Positions 49,526 through 57,209 of a stretch of DNA of 57,988 nt are shown here, in pieces. Source of the stretch: Magnetococcales bacterium. Its GTDB lineage: Bacteria; Pseudomonadota; Alphaproteobacteria; UBA2136. The position numbers and the translations under genes were made by a program. The first letter of the stretch is position 1; each line of letters begins with the position of its first letter. The DNA lies in the NCBI GenBank assembly GCA_002689455.1, contig NZGE01000002.1, positions 1-57,988 on the forward strand, read 5' to 3'. A model generated the notes under the pieces. The model did not search any database and had not been told where the DNA came from. It was given only the letters and a program-made list of their open reading frames with translations.

Positions 49526-49912
49526 TTATAGAATTCCATTCAGTTTAAAGTAAAGAGGGTCGTCCATGGTTAGGGTGTTATTCAGGTAAGTATATAGTGC
49601 AGCCTTGTCACATTTATGCAATTTCATAGCATGAAGGTTGCTGAAAAATGTTTGGTAAACTGTGTCGGTTTGTTCAGGTATCTGTCCCTGCTTTATAATA
49701 GCTTTCATGTTTTTAATAACAAGCTTTTCTAGGCTATTGCATGAAACGGATTCTTGGATGTAAGGTTTGAAGTTTGTTTCAGAAGGCCCTTCAAGGACAC
49801 GTATGGTGGGTGTGGCAGATTCGTATGTTGTATATAACCCATAGGCACCAGCACCGCATAATAATACAATGGCCACTGTTCGAATGACTTTATAACTTAC
49901 GCCGAGGCTCAT
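49526..49912 (-). CDS. membrane-anchored/exported protein (128 aa) with a conserved Cys pair
   Basis: N-terminal TM helix. The C-terminal domain is colinear with 49207..49485. Confidence 0.5.
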   Translation of the reverse strand: MSLGVSYKVIRTVAIVLLCGAGAYGLYTTYESATPTIRVLEGPSETNFKPYIQESVSCNSLEKLVIKNMKAIIKQGQIPEQTDTVYQTFFSNLHAMKLHKCDKAALYTYLNNTLTMDDPLYFKLNGIL

Positions 49913-50131
49913 GATGTATATCCTTGTTTGCTGTTTAAATTAATTTTAAGGATGTACGGTTGCATAACAATGTAAAAACAGCCTTTAAATACTTAATTTC
50001 TAATGTATTACCTCTAAAAGGTTGTTCTTTTATATAAATATGGTTAGCAAGAAAATTCAGGCTACCCATTTTCAGGGTTTATTGTTATAGTACCTGTGAA
50101 ATTTTTAAAAATAATAAATGAGGTAGATTAT

Positions 50132-51835
50132 ATGCGTCGTCATGATGTTGTCATCGTAGGGGCAGGGCTTGCAGGTTTGCGTGCTGCATTTGAAGGTATT
50201 ACAGCAGGCTTGGATACAGCTGTTATTTCTAAGGTTCACCCATTAAGGTCACACTCTTGTGCTGCTCAAGGTGGTGTAAATGCTGCAATTAACCCAGAAG
50301 ATAACTGGGAAGACCATGCTTATGACACTGTAAAAGGTGCTGACTGGGTAGGTGACGAAGACGCAATTGACCTTATGTGTAAAGAAGCTCCTCAAGCTGT
50401 GCTTGATATGGATGAAATGGGTTGCCCTTTTTCGCGTGAAGATGATGGTTCTATCGCACAGCGCCCATTTGGCGGTGCTTCTTTCCCAAGAACAGCCTTT
50501 GCGGCGGACCGTACAGGTCACGCTATGTTGCACACATTATGGGAACAAGCGGTGAAGCACGGCACACATATTTATGAAGAATACCATTTGCTTAAAGTGT
50601 GTGTAGACGAAAAAACGAAGCGTGCATGCGGTATTATTGCGATGGATATCAAATCTGGCCAAGTTGAATATATTGCAGCGAAAGCTGTGTTAATTGCAAC
50701 GGGTGGGTTTGGTCGTTTATTTGCTTCAAACACAAACGCAATGATTAACACAGGCGACGGTGTGGCACTTGCAATGAAGGCTGGTGCACATGCCGCAGAC
50801 CTTGAGTTTGTACAGTTTCACCCAACAGGTTTAAAATCATCAGGAATTTTAATTTCTGAAGGTGTTCGTGGTGAAGGTGCTTACCTCATTGGTAAAGACG
50901 GTAAGCGTTTTATGGATAAATACGCACCAAATAAAAAAGAGCTTGCTTCACGTGATGTTGTTTCCCGTGCGGAAATGATGGAGATTTTAAACGGGAATGG
51001 TGAAGATGGTGCAATTTTCTTAGATGTACGCCACCTTGGACGTGAGAAAATTTTAGAAAAATTACCTCAAATCCGCCAGCTTTCTATCGACTTTGAAGGT
51101 GTGGACCCAATTGATGCACCAATTCCTGTTAAACCAACTTGCCACTACACAATGGGTGGTATTCGTACAAACAAGTTTGGTCACTCTAAACTACAAGGCT
51201 TGTTTGCAGCAGGTGAAGCGGCATGTGTTTCTGTGCATGGTGGTAACCGTTTGGGTGCAAACTCTCTGCTTGAAACAATTGTTTTTGGTAAGATTACAGG
51301 TAAAGAAATGGTGCGTTTTGTAAACGAGGAAGGTTCAGTGGAGCCTGAAACAAATACAGACGACATGGTTGAAGTGCAAAAAATTATTGCTGACTTGAAG
51401 GCACGCCCTCAAGAAGGTGGTATTCGTCCAGCGGTTATCCGTAAAGAGTTGACAGAGGCGATGAACGAATATTGCAGTGTTTTCCGTGATGAAGAACGTT
51501 TGAAAAAAGCTTTAAAAGCGGTTGAAAAAGCAAAAGAAGACTACAAAAAAGTGTGTATCGATGATAAATCGGACGCCTTTAACACTGAACTTTTGACAAC
51601 GATTGAATTAGGTAACCTTATTTCACTGGGTGAAGCAACGGTTAAAAGTGCGCTGGCACGTACAGAGTCTCGTGGGGCGCACACCAGGGAAGAATTCCCA
51701 ACACGTGACGATGAAAACTGGATGAAGCATACGCTTGCTATTTGGGATAAAGCTGCCGAAACTGTTTCACTTGACTATGAGCCAACACGTGTGACAGGTA
51801 ACCCGCGTTACGCACCAGTTGAACGTAAATATTAA
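50132..51835 (+). CDS. sdhA: succinate dehydrogenase/fumarate reductase flavoprotein subunit
   Basis: VVIVGAGLAGLRAA, RSHSCAAQGG (His for covalent FAD), HPTG, and the C-terminal ESRGAH motif. ATG at 50132 preferred over the ORF-track start at 50096. Confidence 0.9.
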   Translation: MRRHDVVIVGAGLAGLRAAFEGITAGLDTAVISKVHPLRSHSCAAQGGVNAAINPEDNWEDHAYDTVKGADWVGDEDAIDLMCKEAPQAVLDMDEMGCPFSREDDGSIAQRPFGGASFPRTAFAADRTGHAMLHTLWEQAVKHGTHIYEEYHLLKVCVDEKTKRACGIIAMDIKSGQVEYIAAKAVLIATGGFGRLFASNTNAMINTGDGVALAMKAGAHAADLEFVQFHPTGLKSSGILISEGVRGEGAYLIGKDGKRFMDKYAPNKKELASRDVVSRAEMMEILNGNGEDGAIFLDVRHLGREKILEKLPQIRQLSIDFEGVDPIDAPIPVKPTCHYTMGGIRTNKFGHSKLQGLFAAGEAACVSVHGGNRLGANSLLETIVFGKITGKEMVRFVNEEGSVEPETNTDDMVEVQKIIADLKARPQEGGIRPAVIRKELTEAMNEYCSVFRDEERLKKALKAVEKAKEDYKKVCIDDKSDAFNTELLTTIELGNLISLGEATVKSALARTESRGAHTREEFPTRDDENWMKHTLAIWDKAAETVSLDYEPTRVTGNPRYAPVERKY

Positions 51836-51855
51836 TTTATTTAAAGGGTTTAAGT

Positions 51856-52110
51856 GTGAAATTTTTCATAACTATGATTGGTTTTATCATTCTTGTACTG
51901 GTTGCTTTTTATGTTGGCTACAAGGTGGATCTAGCACCTGTTGAAGATGGCTCTGCGCCATCTGATTATGGGGTGGGTACGTCTTCTGAAGATTCTTTTG
52001 GAGGTATTCGTACGGGTGGTTCTTCAACATCAACCCAAACGTCTTTTGGGGCACCTAAAAAGCAAAACTATCAGCCTTCAAGTCGCTGTTTAGATGGTGC
52101 GAGATGTTAA
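51856..52110 (+). CDS. small single-pass membrane protein (84 aa) downstream of sdhA
   Basis: GTG start with an AAAGGG SD. TM helix FFITMIGFIILVLVAFYVGY, then a Ser/Gly-rich tail. Followed by a terminator. Confidence 0.4.
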   Translation: MKFFITMIGFIILVLVAFYVGYKVDLAPVEDGSAPSDYGVGTSSEDSFGGIRTGGSSTSTQTSFGAPKKQNYQPSSRCLDGARC

Positions 52111-52121
52111 TTGGATAAAAT

Positions 52122-52150
52122 AAAAAAACCCGCTGTTTAGCGGGTTTTTC
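52122..52150. terminator. bidirectional rho-independent terminator
   Basis: acccgct-gttt-agcgggt flanked by an A-run and a T-run. Confidence 0.7.
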
Positions 52151-52182
52151 GTTATAAAGGGTGTTGTAAAGGGTTGTGGGGT

Positions 52183-52866
52183 TTAAAGGGTGACAGCCGC
52201 TAACAAGGCGCGTGCTGAAATGTTCATTTCTTGTAGGCTGTTTTCGGTGTAATCCTTTTCTGCTTGTATCCATTCCCCTGTTTCAGGGTTTAAATAAAAG
52301 CAGTCAGTATTGGCAAAACGTTGTTCATAGCCTAGGTATGACCGAGCTTTTTCATACCACGCATTATCCATGGATGTAATAGCCAATACATTAAAGCCGT
52401 AAATTTTACCTTTAAGGTAGTTATATTGCTTATGCAGCGTGAAAAGGTTTTGAATCGGGGCATTTTCAACTGTAAGCAGTTTTTCAATGCACTTATAGGT
52501 TGGTTTTCGACCGTTATTCGTTACTGTTGAAAAAGTTTCTGCAACCTCTTCAGCAATTTGAGCAGCAGATGTTGCTTCTTGTTGAACGGCCGATTGGATT
52601 CTGGAAAGCTCGTCTAAGCGTTCTTGGTACTCATTCGCCCCTTTAGGGGTGATGGTGAATATTTTGCACGCACCTTCTTTTTGTGAAGTTACAAACCCTC
52701 TGTTTTCCAGCTCTTTAAGTGTTTGCGGTAAGCTTCGGTATGAAACCGTACTGTTATTGGTGGTTTGTTCAATCCACGCAGCGATATCTTTAGCGGTTGC
52801 ACAGCTAGCATCAATAGCTGCCAAAACTTTAATTTGGCGTGTGCCAATTGTTTGTGTTGTTGCCAT
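52183..52866 (-). CDS. winged-helix (MarR/PadR-like) DNA-binding protein with an unknown C-terminal domain
   Basis: The N-terminal ~85 aa (AKDIAAWIEQ...SYRSLPQTLKELENRGFVTSQKEG..KIFTITPKG) fit the wHTH pattern. GGGAG SD. Divergent from sdhB. Confidence 0.55.
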   Translation of the reverse strand: MATTQTIGTRQIKVLAAIDASCATAKDIAAWIEQTTNNSTVSYRSLPQTLKELENRGFVTSQKEGACKIFTITPKGANEYQERLDELSRIQSAVQQEATSAAQIAEEVAETFSTVTNNGRKPTYKCIEKLLTVENAPIQNLFTLHKQYNYLKGKIYGFNVLAITSMDNAWYEKARSYLGYEQRFANTDCFYLNPETGEWIQAEKDYTENSLQEMNISARALLAAVTL

Positions 52867-53101
52867 TCATGAATCTCCCGAATGAGTCGAGGGGTAACAT
52901 CCCACCCACGGGTGAAATTTTCGAAAAGGGATGTTTAAAAAGTGGGTCTTGGGCTTTGTATACGAATGAGTGACTTGAATGTCAACCTTTGATGTGAGTT
53001 TTCAGGTAAATAATGTGACTTTTGTCAGGAAATTGATTACAATGCAGACATATAAAAGTTTTATAACGTCAACTGAATGAAAAAAACGAAATAAGAAGAA
53101 C

Positions 53102-54118
53102 ATGGCAGATACAAAAAAAGTAATCTTTAAGATCCACCGCGGAGAGACTGTTCAAGGTCAATTCGCGTCACGTACAGAAGAATTTGAAGTTGAATACGGC
53201 CGTTCGACAACGGTTTTACAAGCCTTAGAAAGCATTAAGGCCGACCAAGACGGTTCGTTAACGTTCCGCCGTTCTTGTTGTGCTTCTATTTGTGGAAGTT
53301 GCGGTATGGTTATTAACAACCGTTCACGCCTTGCATGTAAAACAAAAGTACGTGAATTGGTAGATGGTGTTGCTGATAAAAACTTGCCAGCGTCCGACGT
53401 TATTGAAATTGCACCTCAAAAAAACCAGCCAGTGCTAAAAGACTTGGCGGGTGATATTAGTAATTTCTATGAAAAAGTTGACACAATTAACCCATACGTT
53501 CAAGAAGGTAAAGAAGCTGATAAGCAAGTGAATAAGTCTTCTTTTGAACAGGTAAACATGGTTTCTAACTGCATTATGTGTGGCTGTTGCTATTCAGACT
53601 GTACAGAAATGGCTGCTAGCCCAGAATTTTTAGGACCTGCGGCACTTGCAAAGGCATTCCGTTTTGTGGCAGACCCACGTGAAGGCCATAAAACAGAACG
53701 TTTGAAGGAACTTTCTGAAAAGAACGGTATTTGGGATTGCACACGCTGTGGTATGTGTGTAGACGCTTGCCCGAAAGATGTTGCCCCAATGGAAGCGATT
53801 ACAAAACTGCGTACCCGTGCTATGGAAGCAGGTGTGACAGATAACCCAGGTGCAAAACACGCTATTGCATTTAAAAATGATATTGCAAAAGCGGGTATGC
53901 TAAACGAACCGATGTTGCTGCTTAAAACACTTGGCGTTTCAGGGGCTATTGGTCAATTAGGGAATGCTTTACACCTTGCTAAAAAAGGTAAGATCCCTTC
54001 AATCTTCCCACATAAAGTGGAAGGCGTTCAAGAAGTTGAAAACATCTTCAAAGAACTGGATGCAAACCCAATTGAAGTGGAAACAAAACAAGAAGACACT
54101 GGCCCAGGTGCTGGTTAA
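53102..54118 (+). CDS. sdhB: succinate dehydrogenase/fumarate reductase iron-sulfur subunit (type E-like, all-Cys third cluster motif)
   Basis: 2Fe-2S CCASICGSCG...C; CIMCGCCYSDC; CTRCGMCVDACP (CxxCxxCxxxCP). ~85-aa C-terminal extension. Confidence 0.85.
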   Translation: MADTKKVIFKIHRGETVQGQFASRTEEFEVEYGRSTTVLQALESIKADQDGSLTFRRSCCASICGSCGMVINNRSRLACKTKVRELVDGVADKNLPASDVIEIAPQKNQPVLKDLAGDISNFYEKVDTINPYVQEGKEADKQVNKSSFEQVNMVSNCIMCGCCYSDCTEMAASPEFLGPAALAKAFRFVADPREGHKTERLKELSEKNGIWDCTRCGMCVDACPKDVAPMEAITKLRTRAMEAGVTDNPGAKHAIAFKNDIAKAGMLNEPMLLLKTLGVSGAIGQLGNALHLAKKGKIPSIFPHKVEGVQEVENIFKELDANPIEVETKQEDTGPGAG

Positions 54119-54135
54119 TATAAGTTGAATGAAGG

Positions 54136-54579
54136 TTGAAAGTGTTGCCTATGCGCTATAATTCAAAATCACGCCAATATGAAAGTGCATCTACGTATCA
54201 ACGTAGTACTTTTGGCAATTTGAAAGCGCGTAACACACAGTCATCTCAGTATGAACATTTAGCATCTGTTGTGCAGGAAATGTCACCAGATGAAGTTGTT
54301 CAAAAGCCTGTAGAAACTGCTCTAGAACGTGATTTTCGCCTCAAAAAAACGGAAATTATGAAAGAACTGCGTCATTTGGTACTGAAAGACCCTGCAATGA
54401 ACCGTTTCAGATCAACAGGTAGTCTGGGTGACTTGGCGGCGTCTTCACAGCTTACAGAGCATAACAAACGTAAATGGGCTTTGTTGTTAAAATATGCCGA
54501 TGTTTGGGATGATGATTTGAAAAATTTAGGCTACTTAGAGCTTAAAAAGATATATGCACTAACAAAGTTTAATGGTTAA
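54136..54579 (+). CDS. hypothetical hydrophilic protein (about 145 aa) between sdhB and the CCG subunit
   Basis: Open frame in the operon. Start ambiguous: TTG 54136, GTG 54142 with a GAAGG SD, or ATG 54151. No known motif. Confidence 0.4.
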   Translation: MKVLPMRYNSKSRQYESASTYQRSTFGNLKARNTQSSQYEHLASVVQEMSPDEVVQKPVETALERDFRLKKTEIMKELRHLVLKDPAMNRFRSTGSLGDLAASSQLTEHNKRKWALLLKYADVWDDDLKNLGYLELKKIYALTKFNG

Positions 54580-54599
54580 GAATAAGAAGGACCTATAAA

Positions 54600-55496
54600 A
54601 TGTCAAAAAATGGCTTAAACTACGCTTACTACCCTGGTTGTGCGGCAAAGCAAATTCAAAAAGAAGCTGACTGGTCGGCACGTGCAATTAGCGAAAAAAT
54701 GGGTATTAAGCTACATGATATGCCAAAAGCAACGTGTTGCGGTGCAGGCAACCTGCAAGAACACGACCCAGCGGCAGGCCTTGCTGTTTGCGCGCGTATC
54801 TTCTCACAAGCAGAAGAGATGGGTATGGATATTTGCACAATTTGTAACACCTGTTTACAAACATTTACATTTGCAAATGAGCGTTTGAAAAACGAACCTG
54901 AATTGCTTGAAAAGATTAACGAAGTTCTTGCAAAGGCAGGTGTTCGTCCTTATATGGGTACTATAGATGTGAAGCACCTTATTTGGGTAATGGTTGACGA
55001 TTTGGGCGTGGAAGAAGTTAAAAAACATGTTCAAAAACCACTTAATGGTTTAAAAGTTGCACCGTTTTACGGTTGCCATGCTTTGCGCCCGCATGAAGTG
55101 TTTAACGGTCGTGGTGGGCAAGCGCCGCAATACCTCGACACAATTATTGGCGCTTTAGGTGGTGAATCGGTTGACTATAACGGAAAAGACAAATGCTGTG
55201 GGTTCCACACAATGCTTGTTCAAGAAGACACATTCTTAAAAATGTCAGGCGGGCATAGCTTAGAAGCCAAACGAGAAGGTGCAGAAATTATGGTTTCACC
55301 ATGTACACTTTGCGACATGGCATTAGGCGCTTACCAAGCAAGAAGTGAAAAATTCTTAGGTCAAAAAATTGAGCTACCAGAAATGAGTATTTCACAGCTT
55401 GTGGGAACTGCGTTTGGTTTAGACCATAAAAAACTTGGTTTTAACCGCTTACACCAAAACCCAGAAAACGTGTTTAAAAGCCGTGGTGTAGCATAA
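54600..55496 (+). CDS. CCG-domain (heterodisulfide reductase B-like) subunit of a non-classical succinate dehydrogenase
   Basis: Two cysteine-rich CCG repeats (YYPGC...CCGAG and FYGCH...CCGFH...C..C). GAAGGA SD. Confidence 0.8.
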   Translation: MSKNGLNYAYYPGCAAKQIQKEADWSARAISEKMGIKLHDMPKATCCGAGNLQEHDPAAGLAVCARIFSQAEEMGMDICTICNTCLQTFTFANERLKNEPELLEKINEVLAKAGVRPYMGTIDVKHLIWVMVDDLGVEEVKKHVQKPLNGLKVAPFYGCHALRPHEVFNGRGGQAPQYLDTIIGALGGESVDYNGKDKCCGFHTMLVQEDTFLKMSGGHSLEAKREGAEIMVSPCTLCDMALGAYQARSEKFLGQKIELPEMSISQLVGTAFGLDHKKLGFNRLHQNPENVFKSRGVA

Positions 55497-55528
55497 ATTT
55501 AAAACCAATTCAAAAAAGGATGATTTTG

Positions 55529-55747
55529 ATGAAAAAATATATGGGTGTGTTTATTATTGTAGCTTTAGTTGCCGTTGCTTTTGTGGTGGCAGATGCTGCT
55601 GCAAGTTCAGGCGATGCTGAAGATAAAATTGTTGGTATTATTGATCGTATTTTAAATGTAATTGCCGATTTTTTTGACCGCATTTTTAGCAGCCTTGCCG
55701 ATGCAATTAAAAGCATTTTTACAGGTGATGATTCTGCAAAAAAGTAG
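55529..55747 (+). CDS. small single-pass membrane/amphipathic protein (72 aa) closing the sdh locus
   Basis: AAGGA SD. TM helix GVFIIVALVAVAFVVA, then an amphipathic acidic segment. Ends in GCA-AAA-AAG-TAG (see the frameshift finding). Confidence 0.45.
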   Translation: MKKYMGVFIIVALVAVAFVVADAAASSGDAEDKIVGIIDRILNVIADFFDRIFSSLADAIKSIFTGDDSAKK

Positions 55748-55906
55748 TGGAAGCTGCACCTGCGCCTGATGAGTCTTTTTCAGATGAGGTGAAGCGTAAA
55801 GCGATAGACGTTTACCAAGTGATTACAGAATAAATTTAACAGAGACTACTACGTGTCTACTCAGCTATGTCTGGCTTGAAAAACCTAGAGTTGTTTGTAT
55901 TTAAAT

Positions 55907-55936
55907 AAAAAAGCACCCCCCAAGGGTGCTTTTTTA
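55907..55936. terminator. bidirectional rho-independent terminator
   Basis: agcaccc-cccaa-gggtgct flanked by an A-run and a T-run. Confidence 0.7.
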
Positions 55937-56236
55937 TTTGTTTCGAATGTACATTTTCCATGCACTGTGTAGGCGCAGCAGTGGAATGTTGTTTGTTTCA
56001 TGTGCGAATGCATATGTGTTTTCTTGAATGTACTTTGCAAATTTAGCGTGGTTTTTACAATTTTTATCAGGGTCTTTATTTAAGTTTAACCGCGTTAGAA
56101 TTTCGTTGAGCTCACCGTTAAACTTTGTGTCCACTATTTGCATTTTGGGTCGTAAAATCTCAAGTGCATATTTAGGTTTTTGAATAAGGGTTTCAAAAAA
56201 AGTGTGAATGGGAATAAATACAGGCTTTTTAAGCAT
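55934..56236 (-). CDS. hypothetical protein (100 aa), orphan family member A
   Basis: AGAGG SD at 7 nt, own terminator. Colinear weak similarity to 56402..56704. Confidence 0.5.
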   Translation of the reverse strand: MLKKPVFIPIHTFFETLIQKPKYALEILRPKMQIVDTKFNGELNEILTRLNLNKDPDKNCKNHAKFAKYIQENTYAFAHETNNIPLLRLHSAWKMYIRNK

Positions 56237-56344
56237 TTATATGCCTCTGGTTATTTTAAAAGGGAAGGTGTTGCTAAATGTTGGCTGAACCTAATAAAAA
56301 GTTTGAAAACTGTCAATTTATAAATTGAAGTTAGGGCGTAAAAT

Positions 56345-56370
56345 ATAAAAAAACGCCCCTGAAGGCGTTT
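56345..56370 (-). terminator. rho-independent terminator
   Basis: aacgcc(56352-56357) pairs with ggcgtt(56364-56369). The A-run on + gives a T-tract on the minus strand. Confidence 0.6.
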
Positions 56371-56401
56371 GATCGAAATTTTTAAATTTTAAAGCGGAAG
56401 G

Positions 56402-56704
56402 TTAGAGGTTTTCCCAATTTAAAGCATGGTGAAGCTTGTAAAGTGCAATGTTGATGGTACCATCTTCTTTTTTAATGGGATGTAAGGCTGCATAGTCTTT
56501 CATCTTTTGGAGGTTTGATTCAATAGCTTTATTGCAGGGGGCAAGTTTTAACTCTTGTAATAAGTGGTTAAAGTCTTCTTGAATTTCAGGGTTTTTTATT
56601 TTTACACCTTGTAAAATATGTTCAAGTGTTACATGTGGTGTAACGATGAGGGATCTGAAAAATGCAAAAAGCATTTGATGGTCGTGGGTGACAAATATAG
56701 CCAT
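56402..56704 (-). CDS. hypothetical protein (100 aa), orphan family member B
   Basis: Starts 2 nt after the upstream ORF stop. AGGAT SD. Similar to member A. Confidence 0.5.
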   Translation of the reverse strand: MAIFVTHDHQMLFAFFRSLIVTPHVTLEHILQGVKIKNPEIQEDFNHLLQELKLAPCNKAIESNLQKMKDYAALHPIKKEDGTINIALYKLHHALNWENL

Positions 56705-56706
56705 CG

Positions 56707-57009
56707 TTATGATCCTATATGTTTTCTGAATTTAAGGTTAGGTCTTGCAAAGCTTTTAAGCCAAAAGTAGCCAATATTTTGTTGGTACTTTTTATTATTT
56801 TGGGCTGTAAAAAAGCTTCTGTAACTTTCTTGCGTGATGTTTTGGCTTTGCATATCATTAAAAACTTGTTGGCATTGCTTCTTGTAAAAAGGGCAATCAA
56901 ATGCGTTTTGGGTTAGAAAAGGTTGTCCGTGGCTGTAATTTCTAGCAGTTACTCGGCCAAGGGTTGCCATGGCTTGGTCATCTTTTTTGGTAAGTTCTCC
57001 ATGGTTCAT
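56707..57009 (-). CDS. hypothetical protein (100 aa), first gene of a two-gene unit
   Basis: AAGGAG SD at 5 nt. No known motif. Unrelated in sequence to members A and B. Confidence 0.5.
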   Translation of the reverse strand: MNHGELTKKDDQAMATLGRVTARNYSHGQPFLTQNAFDCPFYKKQCQQVFNDMQSQNITQESYRSFFTAQNNKKYQQNIGYFWLKSFARPNLKFRKHIGS

Positions 57010-57209
57010 AGGAGCTCCTTATTAGGGTTTTTGGAAAAAAGAAGAGGTGGTATTTGTTTGAATAATATATTCTTTTGTGGGTTTGTGCAATTATTGTGTA
57101 GGGTTTTTAAGGTTTGTGTCGTAAAGGTAAATACAGGCTTGTGTTTGTGCTTCACATTCTATAAGTTATATAAAATTAATTAAATTAGTAACGAAAGTTG
57201 TACTGAATC

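Noticed and set aside
55757-55791. Downstream stimulatory stem-loop for the putative frameshift site
   Set aside because: Only 5+4 bp are interrupted by an internal loop, which is too weak to count as independent evidence. The frameshift hypothesis rests on the heptamer, the SD-like element and the open -1 frame.
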